A stretch of DNA of 63,630 nucleotides, filler included, from Pseudobdellovibrionaceae bacterium (GTDB lineage Bacteria > Bdellovibrionota > Bdellovibrionia > Bdellovibrionales > UBA1609), in the NCBI GenBank assembly GCA_030591685.1. It is 4 parts of 4 records of this genome, joined end to end, with 100 filler letters (N's around TTAATTAATTAA, not from the genome) between each part and the next. Parts side by side here need not be neighbours in the genome. Positions count along the whole stretch, not along the records: positions 15,554 to 38,965 come from JAUVAX010000032.1; positions 39,066 to 61,173 come from JAUVAX010000036.1; 2 more parts are not named here. One strand, given 5' to 3'. Of this stretch, positions 29,621-39,305 are shown piece after piece; the first letter of the stretch is position 1; each line of letters begins with the position of its first letter. A program made the position numbers and the translations under genes. Under the pieces are notes generated by a model that was given only the letters and a program-made list of their open reading frames with translations, had not been told where the DNA came from and made no database searches.

Positions 29621-30013
29621 TTAAGAGATCGGAGGTCGAAAAATTCCAAACGGGTGTGGGCTTGAGATCAAGGTTTTTTCAAAAAAATAATTCTTAGACT
29701 TTACTTCGACTGAACGATTAACAATTTGATAAGGGGTGCTTAGAACCTTTATCTCATTTTGGGTAACTTTCGTGTGATCGTGATTATGTTCGTGCTCTTC
29801 TCCGTCTTGGCCATGCTTGTGCTTATGAGCATGTTTTTGGGCCTCATCGTCGATATTGTCATGATGGGTGACGTTGTATTTTGAAAATTTATCTAAATGA
29901 GTCTCAACACTCTTTAGCTCTAAAGAGGGCCTCATCTGCCAAAACAAGCAAACACATAAAAGTAGACAAAATATTTTTAAAATTTTAGAAATCATACGGG
30001 ATAAGACTACCAA
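29621..30013 (-). CDS. His-rich membrane-anchored leader protein ending FRPPIS
   Basis: N-terminal hydrophobic segment; HAHKHKHG..HEHNHDH; first gene of the metal operon. Confidence 0.75.
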   Translation of the reverse strand: MVVLSRMISKILKIFCLLLCVCLFWQMRPSLELKSVETHLDKFSKYNVTHHDNIDDEAQKHAHKHKHGQDGEEHEHNHDHTKVTQNEIKVLSTPYQIVNRSVEVKSKNYFFEKTLISSPHPFGIFRPPIS

Positions 30014-30299
30014 ATATTTTTAAATTAAAAAACAATAATCTTTACGGCCTACAAAACAGCAAAAGGGGGCATGCTCGGCCCGATTTGTTTAGAGACATTG
30101 TCGTTGTTTTAATACGAAAGATGATACTTTTTTCACCACCCAAATCACACTTAAAACTCAGGCGCCAGACCACCTGTACAATCAAGATGGGCTCAACAAA
30201 CCTGCAATTAGTGGATGCGGTAAAAGAGCTGTCGCCCTTTGCCAGCATTGACTCTAAAAAGTATTTTAATCATTACAATTACCCAAGTATAAATGGACA

Positions 30300-32120
30300 T
30301 TGAAGAATCCATGCTTTAAACCTTCGTATATGCCCAGCAAGAACAACGATTTACGCTCTATTACCCGTGAAGCTATCCGCCAAATCCCAAAAACATGGCA
30401 ACGCTTAGGCGGCAATTACATACATCAAGTTACAAAAAAAGAGCTCATTCGTGTTAACGTTCTAGCCGTTATCATTGGGATCTCAATAGGATATGCAGCC
30501 ATTGGATTTAGAAATCTTATTGGCTTTTTGCAAAACTCAATTTTATTTCAACAGCTGGATACACATTTAGCCAACCCAGTTCAACACACAGCTGGCCTAT
30601 GGATTTTGTTAATCGTTCCGTTAGGGCTCCTCGCCTCAACGCTGCTCACACGTTGGTTTGCAACCGAAGCCAAGGGCCATGGAGTCCCTGAAGTTATTGA
30701 GGCTGTTCGCACCCATGGCGGGCGCATACGAGCTAGAATAGTTGCCATAAAAGCCTTGGCCTCCAGCATTACTATTGCTTCGGGGGGTTCTGTGGGGCGC
30801 GAAGGCCCTATTGTGCAAATTGGCTCGGCCATTGGCTCCTATTTTGGCCAAATTTCTCATTTAAGCCCTAGGCTTATAAAAACTCTCGTTGGTTGTGGTG
30901 CCGCGGGCGCTATTTCAGCTACTTTTAATACCCCAATTGCTGGAGTCATCTTTGCCGTTGAGATTATTATTCTCGAATTAAAAACTAAATCATTTGTGCC
31001 CCTTGTAACGGCCTCTGTATTTGCGGCTGTTGTCTCCCGCTATCATCTTGGTAACGAACCTGCATTTTTTGTACCTGAATACACATTAAGTGGCCCCACA
31101 GAGCTCATTTTTTACTTTGGGCTTGGTCTGCTTGCAGGCATTGTTGGGGCATGGGTTATTAGAGTTCTATATGGGGTTGAGGACTTTGTAGATAAAATTA
31201 AATGTCATTTTTTATTAAAACCAATTATAGGCGGGCTATTGATTGCTTTTGTAGGTCTCTATTATCCTCAAATTTTTGGAGTTGGTTATGAGTCTATGAC
31301 TCAAGTATTACAACAAAACATGAGCTTATCGCTTATACTCGTATTACTTATCTTAAAACCATTAATAATGAGTATTACATTGTCTGTGGGGGGCTCTGGT
31401 GGAGTTTTTGCTCCCTCGTTATTTGTTGGCGCCATGCTTGGAGGTGCCTACGGAATTATTGTTCATAATTACTTTCCAGATTTAACCGCAGGTCATGGGG
31501 CTTATGCCCTTGTGGGGATGGCCGCTGTATTTTCGGCAACAAGCCGAGCAACCTTTACCGCCATTGTAATTTTATTTGAGATGACCTTAGACTACTCCAT
31601 TATTTTGCCATTAATGTTGGTTTGCGTAATTGCGGATCAATTCTCGTGGGTTATTCAAAAAGAATCTATTTACTCAATGAAACTGCGCCGAAAAGGCATA
31701 AAGTTTATCAATGATATTGGTGTTAATATTATGGGCATTACTTTAGTAAAAGATATAATGACTACTGAAATTCAATTAGCTGATAGTCAAATGAGCCTTG
31801 CTGAAGCTTCAGAAAAACTGCTCCCCTCTCACCACTCTGTATATCCAGTGGTTGATAGCGATAAAAAGCTACAAGGTATCGTTCTCCATGATGATATTAA
31901 AAGTCATGCCTCCAAAGGGCATCTTGACATGAAAATTAATGAGCTACTAGAAGAGGCCAAGGCTATTGTCTTTGCTGACGAAACCGTCCTTCAGGCTGTT
32001 AAAAAAATAGAAAAAATAAGAGACCCACGAATTTTAGTTGTAGATCGCCGTTACGGAACACTATTAGGTATAGTCAGCCCCATTGATTTTGTAAGGTTAA
32101 GTATTGCCGACGAAAGCTGA
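30300..32120 (+). CDS. ClC chloride channel/antiporter with CBS domains
   Basis: GHGVPE, GREGP, GGVFAP, FEMT and two C-terminal CBS domains. Confidence 0.95.
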   Translation: MKNPCFKPSYMPSKNNDLRSITREAIRQIPKTWQRLGGNYIHQVTKKELIRVNVLAVIIGISIGYAAIGFRNLIGFLQNSILFQQLDTHLANPVQHTAGLWILLIVPLGLLASTLLTRWFATEAKGHGVPEVIEAVRTHGGRIRARIVAIKALASSITIASGGSVGREGPIVQIGSAIGSYFGQISHLSPRLIKTLVGCGAAGAISATFNTPIAGVIFAVEIIILELKTKSFVPLVTASVFAAVVSRYHLGNEPAFFVPEYTLSGPTELIFYFGLGLLAGIVGAWVIRVLYGVEDFVDKIKCHFLLKPIIGGLLIAFVGLYYPQIFGVGYESMTQVLQQNMSLSLILVLLILKPLIMSITLSVGGSGGVFAPSLFVGAMLGGAYGIIVHNYFPDLTAGHGAYALVGMAAVFSATSRATFTAIVILFEMTLDYSIILPLMLVCVIADQFSWVIQKESIYSMKLRRKGIKFINDIGVNIMGITLVKDIMTTEIQLADSQMSLAEASEKLLPSHHSVYPVVDSDKKLQGIVLHDDIKSHASKGHLDMKINELLEEAKAIVFADETVLQAVKKIEKIRDPRILVVDRRYGTLLGIVSPIDFVRLSIADES

Positions 32121-32188
32121 AGCTTATTAAACTAAATTGTAGGCAATAATTATTTTTTAATAATAAGTAACTCCCAATAGGATTGGTA

Positions 32189-32611
32189 ATGCAATTATTA
32201 ACACTAGATCGATTTGTGGTCGCACAGAAAGATGTTTATAGTAATGTACTCTTAGAGCTAAGTGCGGGGGAAAAAAGATCGCACTGGATGTGGTTTATCT
32301 TTCCGCAAATCCAAGGGCTCGGCAGCAGCGAGACCGCTCAGTTTTTTGAAATTCAATCTATTACTGAAGCTAAAAGCTATTTAAACAATGATATACTTGG
32401 TTCACGTATAATTGAATGCTCAAATCTGTTGATTAAGTTAGCCGGCTCGGACATTCAAGATATCTTAGGCCCACCTGACGATTTAAAACTCAACTCTTCA
32501 ATGACACTTTTTGATAGCCTACATGTAAATAGTGTTTTTGATAAAGTTTTGAATTTATTTTACAATGGCAAGAGAGATCAAAAAACATTAAGCATACTCT
32601 CTTCCCTTTAA
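32189..32611 (+). CDS. DUF1810 family protein
   Basis: LDRFVVAQ, KRSHWMWFIFPQ, DDLKL.SSMTLF. Confidence 0.9.
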   Translation: MQLLTLDRFVVAQKDVYSNVLLELSAGEKRSHWMWFIFPQIQGLGSSETAQFFEIQSITEAKSYLNNDILGSRIIECSNLLIKLAGSDIQDILGPPDDLKLNSSMTLFDSLHVNSVFDKVLNLFYNGKRDQKTLSILSSL

Positions 32612-32822
32612 TGGGGGAGAAAACACCTGCTGACGAAGCAAAAATATTTTTATTAGCAGCTTGGCTCTAGGAGCTATAAACCACTGAAATAATATAGAAA
32701 ATGCCTTTTTAGAATGGCATAGGTAAATTATTATTTAGAGCTTATGCCCCTCTTTTTTTAATCAAAACTCATTGATTGTCGGTCTTTTTAAAAAATATGC
32801 CTGGCGTCTGAACTTTAGATGC

Positions 32823-33437
32823 CTATTTTTTTTGTGCGGCATTAATAAGTTTTATGACTTCAGCTTTCTTTGCTATCACTTCAAACCCGTCGGGCATAGT
32901 AAAGAGGGGGTATTTGCTAAGTGCAGACTTAACATTTATAATATTATTACCCCAAACTGTGTTGTTATCTTTTAAAAATAAAATCATCTGCTTACCAGCA
33001 AGGTCTTTGGGCTCTGAGTATTTAAAACTTGATTTATAGGCTGGCAATACTTCTGAAGCCATAATCCCATTAGTTAATTCCCCTATATGCCAACTCAAGA
33101 AAACCATAAAGTAAGTGTCTAAAACAGTGATAGATTTTTCGGTAAATTTATTATTAGATTTGTTTTTTAAAGATTCTAAGACTTTAAAATGCCAGAGTTG
33201 AAAGGTGAAGTTTTCCTTTTTGTGCTTTTTATCAGGATGCTCTATTTCAAAATCAATTTTTTTCTCAGTAACTATTGTTTTTTCGCCCTCAACAACAAGT
33301 ATTGTCGATGATTTAGAAACAAGTTCTTTGAGTGAATTATAATTAGGATGGATTAGCGTCACCCATGCATTCTGGGATAAAAAAACCAAAATGCAAGTTG
33401 GATCCAAAGATAACGTTTAAAAAGATTATAAGTCATA
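32823..33437 (-). pseudogene. Secreted hypothetical protein, probably frameshifted in its signal peptide
   Basis: ATG at 33437 (MTYNLFKRYLWI) is one base out of frame with PTCILVFLSQNAW... Confidence 0.5.
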
Positions 33438-33520
33438 TCGACTATAATAGTGTGATAGTAAAAAACAAAAAGCAAGGCCTGAATTTTGGCTGATATATTC
33501 AGGCCACAAAGCAAGTAGAC

Positions 33521-33576
33521 TTAAATATAGGTCTTCTCATGGCTTTATCAAGTGCTTTTTAAACTCTATTTTACGT
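33521..33576. repeat. Degenerate ~56-bp repeat, second copy at 34652-34708
   Basis: AAATATAGG.CT.CTCATGGCTTT.T.AAGTGCTTTTT..ACTCTATTT is shared between the copies. Confidence 0.8.
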
Positions 33577-33717
33577 GAGTCGAAAATAAATAAAATATGC
33601 TCAAAAGCAATTAAATGTATGCCCAAGAAAAGCTCTGGGTTGGAGGATGCCAAAAAAAGCCATGGATGAACTGTTGCAATAAAACATTGCCTCTACACGG
33701 GCTCACGGCTTGTCATG

Positions 33718-34533
33718 CTATAAAAATATACTTTTACAAATAGCGAATTTGTTTTGTGAGTGAATATATTTAAGGGTTTCAACAAATCTATCCATTGCTT
33801 CCCATTCTTTACTGAATTTATTTTTAAATTTTAATGTTTCATGCCTTCTAATTGCATCATTTTGGCTAACAACCATATTCCTAGAAAGGTAATACGCCGT
33901 TACATTTGCAAATCCAATCAGCCCAGTCATTACAGTTAAAAGACCAGAGCTATATTCGTTTGCAATAAGTGATAGCGGCAAATAGAGAAGGGCAGCATTT
34001 AAAGCCTTAGATTTAAAAACCATCATTGGGCTAGTGGCCTCTAGATCTAAAATATCTTTTTTATTGTTATGATTTCTTACAACACTACTATGTAGCCTCG
34101 CCGAACTGATAACTTCAATTAGATAATCCAGATCAGAAATTGTAAAATAATCTATACTAGAAAGATCAGGTAAACGCGTAGGGTTGTTAGAGTTAGCTGG
34201 GTCTATCGACATTTTATCAACACTGTTTTTAAAGTAGACTAACTTTTGTAATATTAATTGACGTTCTAAGCTTACGTCAGCTCGGTAGAGCAAAATAATA
34301 CCGCTTTTGTTTAAAGTAATTTTTTGTTCATTTTCTTCATTCCAGCCAAGAGATTTAAAATTATTATTAATGGCGGTAATAATTTGGGTATTAAGTCTTC
34401 TTAACTCCCGCTCTTCGGCCGTAGGTTCTGCTGACAAACTTTTAGGCGAAAACACCAAAAATAGACCCAAGAAAGGCAATAGAATAAGCCTTTTTACACG
34501 GTAAGTGAGTTTTAATCCTTTTTCGACCACCAT
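33718..34533 (-). CDS. Secreted hypothetical protein with a hydrophobic hairpin and C-terminal CKSIFL
   Basis: Signal peptide ending LSA; two adjacent hydrophobic helices. Confidence 0.75.
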   Translation of the reverse strand: MVVEKGLKLTYRVKRLILLPFLGLFLVFSPKSLSAEPTAEERELRRLNTQIITAINNNFKSLGWNEENEQKITLNKSGIILLYRADVSLERQLILQKLVYFKNSVDKMSIDPANSNNPTRLPDLSSIDYFTISDLDYLIEVISSARLHSSVVRNHNNKKDILDLEATSPMMVFKSKALNAALLYLPLSLIANEYSSGLLTVMTGLIGFANVTAYYLSRNMVVSQNDAIRRHETLKFKNKFSKEWEAMDRFVETLKYIHSQNKFAICKSIFL

Positions 34534-34546
34534 ATCTCAGTGAAGG

Positions 34547-34562
34547 TTCAAGACCCATGCCA
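34547..34562 (-). promoter_or_regulatory. sigma54-like -24/-12 element
   Basis: Minus strand TGGCATGGGTCTTGAA (GG-N10-GA). Confidence 0.45.
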
Positions 34563-34772
34563 ATCAATCAAAAGATGAGGGATGGGCCTGGTGGAGGTGT
34601 CTAGTAGCGGGAGGCCCTCACCTTATACTTGCCAGCGGTGAAGGCTTCACCTCAAATATAGGCCTACTCATGGCTTTTTGAAGTGCTTTTTCAGACTCTA
34701 TTTAGCGTACAATTAAAGTCCCTGCCTCCGATACACGGACAGCTAAAAGGTGACGGTTACCCAGCCACAACT

Positions 34773-35708
34773 CTACGGATGCCTTAGAGCATTAAAGTAA
34801 TTGTACCGAACACTATTGTCTTCACTGTTGTCATCGTCATACACAAGGTGAAGCTGTTTTTTTCTTAAATCTTTACCGTACTTTAGCACAAGACCTTCAA
34901 TGTATTTTTTATCTTTTTCTGCAGTTAAATTACTTAGCACTACATCTAAATATATTTCGGCAATAAGCATATAGTTTGTAACTCTTTTCATATAATCAAC
35001 ATTAAGAGACACTAAATGCTCCCCAATATAGTCTTGAATCGTCCTGAAATAACAATTGTTATTATCATAGTGTCTATCCGCTTCTTTAACCTCATATTTA
35101 GTTTGAATATGACAAGAGTAGATGTTTGCTGACAAAACAACCATTGCAGAGAGAACCTCCAAATTATTAATGTCATCCTGACTATCAAGTGTCTCACTGA
35201 ATTCGTTTAATAATATACGAGGTATGTTTGTCGGCAAGTTGACATAATAAGATGCGGTTATAAATCCCTCTGTAGCAATAACCTTTCGATGATTTTTTGA
35301 ATTCATTAAAATTCTCAACCTGAGAAAGCTTAATAAAGCATTGTTAAAAACGGGGGTGATCGTTTGGTTTTTATTTAAATAGCTCCTGAACCCTTCTTCT
35401 AGTTCTCTTAGCATCATATTTGTTTTTTGTACGTAGTTCGCCGCCGTTTCGTCTTCATAAAAACTAAGTTTTACTGAAACTCTTTTGGTTATCTCCGACA
35501 AAAGTGTATTTATTTTTGCTATATCTGAATCACTTACTTCCTGAGGAGCCCCTCTTAAACAACTTTGAATGATTTCTGCTGAGTTAGTCAAAGAGGCATA
35601 CCGTATAAACTCATTAGTATTCATCTGCTCTATTTTTTTACATATAGAGCTGCTTGCAAAAGCAGAAAATGAGAAAAACAGAATAAAACAACTTAATAAT
35701 ATTTTCAA
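34773..35708 (-). CDS. Secreted helical hypothetical protein
   Basis: GGAGG SD before TTG; signal peptide ending AFA. Confidence 0.8.
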   Translation of the reverse strand: MKILLSCFILFFSFSAFASSSICKKIEQMNTNEFIRYASLTNSAEIIQSCLRGAPQEVSDSDIAKINTLLSEITKRVSVKLSFYEDETAANYVQKTNMMLRELEEGFRSYLNKNQTITPVFNNALLSFLRLRILMNSKNHRKVIATEGFITASYYVNLPTNIPRILLNEFSETLDSQDDINNLEVLSAMVVLSANIYSCHIQTKYEVKEADRHYDNNNCYFRTIQDYIGEHLVSLNVDYMKRVTNYMLIAEIYLDVVLSNLTAEKDKKYIEGLVLKYGKDLRKKQLHLVYDDDNSEDNSVRYNYFNALRHP

Positions 35709-36230
35709 AATTAACCTCCCTAAGGGTAAAACTCATCAAACTAATGGCGGTTTTTGAGTGACGGCTGTTTTTATTATGCACTTGCGTGACCATATCAGAT
35801 GACTCGAACTGCGTCACAAAAATCACTCCAACTAGATACTATTTACATACCTTTAAGAGGGTTCATCTACCGACACCCGGACAAGCATTTACCCCCCCCC
35901 CACACAACTAAAAGGCGACGGTCACCCAATCACCATTGTAACGTTAGTCTGCGGTGCTCTCGTGGCGCTAGCCGGTGAGTGTGGAGGCCTCGAAGGTTTT
36001 AACCCGAAATTAGAATAAACAATGAACCGCCTGTTTTTTCTTTTTTTAGGCTTATTGCCTAAAAGGGCCATCACCTTTTAATTTTAATAATGCGAAGCCA
36101 GAGTACGACTTGTAAGATCCTTAAATTACTTATAACATCCTAATATCAACTACAAAACGCTCCATTAATAAATTTATTATCGGAGAGGCATTACGCACCC
36201 TGTTTTACATTAATTTAAAATGAGAGATAA

Positions 36231-36449
36231 ATGAAAGATCCATTAGAGGGTAAGACATTAGAGTACATTGTAACTAAACTCGTAGAGCTCTATGGCTTTG
36301 AAGAACTGAGTCATCACATTCATATTAACTGCTTTACTCACGACCCCAGCATTAAATCCAGTTTAAAATTCTTAAGACAAACACCTTGGGCGCGTACAAA
36401 GGTTGAAAAACTGTATCTTAAAAATATGGATCAGATTGATTCAAAATGA
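36231..36449 (+). CDS. VF530/DUF2132 family small DNA-binding protein
   Basis: [33 protein letters not shown]. Confidence 0.92.
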   Translation: MKDPLEGKTLEYIVTKLVELYGFEELSHHIHINCFTHDPSIKSSLKFLRQTPWARTKVEKLYLKNMDQIDSK

Positions 36450-36474
36450 GGTAAGTGCAGCACACTACAAAGTA

Positions 36475-36747
36475 CTACAACAAATGTTTATTGCGCTCAT
36501 TTATACAATCGTAATCACCAACCTTATACTCTCTACACAGATAAGGCCTTTTCTCATATATTGAACAAAGCATAGTTTCACGGTTTAAAGCTTTGCACCA
36601 ACCATCTTTTTCACGCTTCATTGCATAGTATAGGCCCTCAACCTGTTCAGTTAATTCAATTGGGACCTGTTCATCCGAGTCATCAATGAGTCGAACTTCT
36701 AATCGACAACAGAGTGCGGTGCAAGTTGAACAATTAATTGTTTTCAT
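36475..36747 (-). CDS. YkgJ-family cysteine-cluster protein
   Basis: CxxCxxxCC...C..L....CSIYEKRP..CR. Confidence 0.9.
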   Translation of the reverse strand: MKTINCSTCTALCCRLEVRLIDDSDEQVPIELTEQVEGLYYAMKREKDGWCKALNRETMLCSIYEKRPYLCREYKVGDYDCINERNKHLL

Positions 36748-36876
36748 AATTCTCTAATTCTTTAAAAAACCTTGGTTTATCCCATGGTTTTCAAGGTGGT
36801 GAAGAGCATGTAAGCCTTTGTTATCACTGCCTCAGCTTTTACGATTACTACAAAGTACCACATTGACCTGGTTTTT

Positions 36877-37290
36877 CTAGCTATTTTCAGTAAAAATATT
36901 TCGCCAATAATATGGCTGAACTTCCTTTAATTTTTTAGAATCCCATTTCCTTGAAGAGCCTTTACTCGGAAATCCAACCTGCACATCGCCACCATACAAA
37001 TAAAGTCGTTCTTGGCAGATCCCACAAGGGGTCAGAACTATGTTTTCCCCATCTTCTCCTTGGTGTACACAAATACTTGCAACAATTTTTTCGCCCAACT
37101 TGTATGCCTCACAAAAAGCACCCGTCTCATGACAAAGTGAAACTCCGTCGTTAAGACAGTTCGGTGCGGTACTTGTAATAACCCTACCTGACTCGGTATA
37201 GATTGCCGCAGCTCCCTCATCTGAATTTTTACCAAACCTCTCTTCAATAAGATTCACCGCTGATTCAAATAGCTTTTGATCTACTTCCAT
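36877..37290 (-). CDS. Cytidine deaminase family (blasticidin-S deaminase-like)
   Basis: LCHETGA and PCGICQERL zinc motifs. Confidence 0.88.
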   Translation of the reverse strand: MEVDQKLFESAVNLIEERFGKNSDEGAAAIYTESGRVITSTAPNCLNDGVSLCHETGAFCEAYKLGEKIVASICVHQGEDGENIVLTPCGICQERLYLYGGDVQVGFPSKGSSRKWDSKKLKEVQPYYWRNIFTENS

Positions 37291-37484
37291 AAAAACCTCA
37301 ATTTGTTATTTAGGACATGATTTCGTGTCACTTAACATCACAGATCACCAGATGTCACATTGATGGAGGCGATTAAATCCGGTGCTCCGCTGGCAAAAAA
37401 GGGTGACCCTTCTAAGTTCAAATCTTCAAAAAGTTCTTTTTTCTTGTTGGACTTCATTGTTTGTGACAGTACGAACTCCTTTTG

Positions 37485-37891
37485 TTAAGAAAACTTAACT
37501 TCGTTGTTATGCCACACTGCCACTTCAATCTCGTTACCAGTTGGATCCTTCACATACCAAGATGTTGAATGTTGATAGGGGATTGGACTTGAATAAAAGG
37601 TTTCTAACTTGAGCTCTTTTATTTTCTGTTGCCACTCACCTTTATCCAATAGCCTGAGCCCGAAGTGATAGGTTTGATGGTAGTCCTCTCCGCAGTACCA
37701 CTTTCTTTCTGGATACTCTGTAATTGCCAGCATAGTTTCTCCACTTTGAAGAATTCCCCATTTGTGTCCTTCTCGATCTACTCCTTTTTCCACAAGATCA
37801 AAGTTAAAATTTTTTTATACCAAATCACCGATTCCTCAAGGCTGGAAACCGTAAAATTAAGATGATCTAATTTTGCAACTGTATTTTTCAT
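37485..37891 (-). pseudogene. VOC/glyoxalase-family gene with a 1-nt frameshift in an A7T4 run near 37810
   Basis: GGAGG SD, MKNTVAKLDHLNFTVSSLEES..WYKKI is out of frame with HFGL...KDPTGNEIE; span of 407 nt. Confidence 0.8.
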
Positions 37892-37965
37892 AGCTGCCTC
37901 CTTTGTTAAATTTAATATCGTCGAGTATTGACAATTAATCAACATAGAGGCTAATCAGTTGTCAT

Positions 37966-38541
37966 ATGGGCAACATAATGGACATTTTAGCTAGGCACTT
38001 AGCGAGTAATATTCTTGCCCTCAGACGGAAACAGGGGCTCAGCCAAGTGCAATTATCACAAAAGGCAGGGATTCCAAGGTCAACTCTTACTTATATTGAA
38101 TCCGGAGAGAGCAATCCCACTCTAGGTAACCTCGCCAAAGTTGCAAATGCATTACAGGTTTCTGTTGAAGAATTAATCAGCCAACCGCAACCTAGCACTC
38201 GATTAGTCAAATCCAATGATGTTCCAATAGAGAAAAAGTCAAAAAATAAAATAACTGTGGAAAAACTTTTGCCCGACCCTATCCCTGGTATGGAAATTGA
38301 TGGCATGAGTTTAGCTCCCGGAAGTCGTCTCAAGGGCACTCCACATATAGCAAGAACAAAAGAGCACCTCTATTGCTCATCTGGGCCTATGAATGTCTAT
38401 GTAAACCGCACTCAGCATCAGCTTGAAACAGGCGATGTACTGGCCTTCCCAGGCGACGAGCCTCATGCCTATGAAAAGGCAAGTCGTTCAAAGAAAGCCA
38501 CTTGTTTTAGTGTTGTAGTTTTTGCTCCAACTGGAATTTAA
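37966..38541 (+). CDS. XRE-family HTH regulator with a cupin domain
   Basis: RRKQGLSQ..IESGESNPTL HTH followed by a cupin; divergent from the VOC gene. Confidence 0.9.
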   Translation: MGNIMDILARHLASNILALRRKQGLSQVQLSQKAGIPRSTLTYIESGESNPTLGNLAKVANALQVSVEELISQPQPSTRLVKSNDVPIEKKSKNKITVEKLLPDPIPGMEIDGMSLAPGSRLKGTPHIARTKEHLYCSSGPMNVYVNRTQHQLETGDVLAFPGDEPHAYEKASRSKKATCFSVVVFAPTGI

Positions 38542-38566
38542 CTCAGGCGCCAGGCTCCTGAGTTAA
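38528..38566 (+). repeat. REP-like palindromic repeat, copy B, overlapping the regulator stop codon
   Basis: TTAACTCAGG-cgccaggct-CCTGAGTTAA. Confidence 0.75.
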
Positions 38567-38665
38567 CCGAAATTCACGAGCACTACAAGTAACTGCTTAG
38601 TCAGCTAAATTTTACGCCAGAAAGAAGAGGAGTTTTTTAGGAAAACCCTCAAAGGAATAAAAAAA

Positions 38666-38850
38666 CTACTTACTGGATAGTCGTTCAGAGATGGCTACCC
38701 CAACTCCGTGGGCTGAAGCTGGGTTTTGCCCCGTTATGAGGTTTCCATCTATTACTACATTACTTTCCCAGTTATCTTTACCAACGAATTTAGCCCCAGA
38801 TTTAATTAGTTCAGTTTCTAAGGCGAAGGGCATTACTTCGGGTCAACCCC
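38666..38850 (-). pseudogene. C-terminal remnant of a DJ-1/PfpI (type 1 glutamine amidotransferase-like) gene
   Basis: Minus-strand frame EVMPFALETEL..GAKF..W..NVVIDGNLITGQNPASA; frameshifted and truncated upstream. Confidence 0.8.
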
Positions 38851-38965
38851 CTAATTCCGGAATTTTTGTTATAGAAAAACGTCTAGTATTTGCACCTCAT
38901 TTTTTTCATATTTTTGCATAAAATCACCTGGAGACATCATCTTTAACGAGCCATGTATGCGATCA

Positions 38966-39065
38966 NNNNNNNNNNNNNNNNNNNNNNNNNNNNNNNNNNN
39001 NNNNNNNNNTTAATTAATTAANNNNNNNNNNNNNNNNNNNNNNNNNNNNNNNNNNNNNNNNNNNN
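38966..39065. other. Artificial contig linker
   Basis: N44-TTAATTAATTAA-N44. Confidence 0.98.
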
Positions 39066-39125
39066 ACTACTCTTACTACTCTTACTACTCTTACTACTCT
39101 TACTACTCTTACTACTCTTACTACT
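39066..39125. repeat. Tandem repeat (ACTACTCTT)n at the contig start
   Basis: About 6.5 perfect 9-nt units. Confidence 0.95.
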
Positions 39126-39305
39126 GCTTCTTTAAAAATGGAGTTATCGTAGTTTTTTAAGCTACGATAACCCTTAAATCGCAGGAAACGGTGCTCTTGT
39201 TCAGTTGTTCCACTGACTTTACTGTCCGTGGTCTTCTGGTCACGTCATCATGTGACCAGGATTGGTGAGCTAAATAGCGTTCGCCAAAAAACGGTTAGTT
39301 ATAAA

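Noticed and set aside
38691..38921. 76-aa plus-strand ORF
   Set aside because: Shadow of the DJ-1/PfpI remnant on the minus strand
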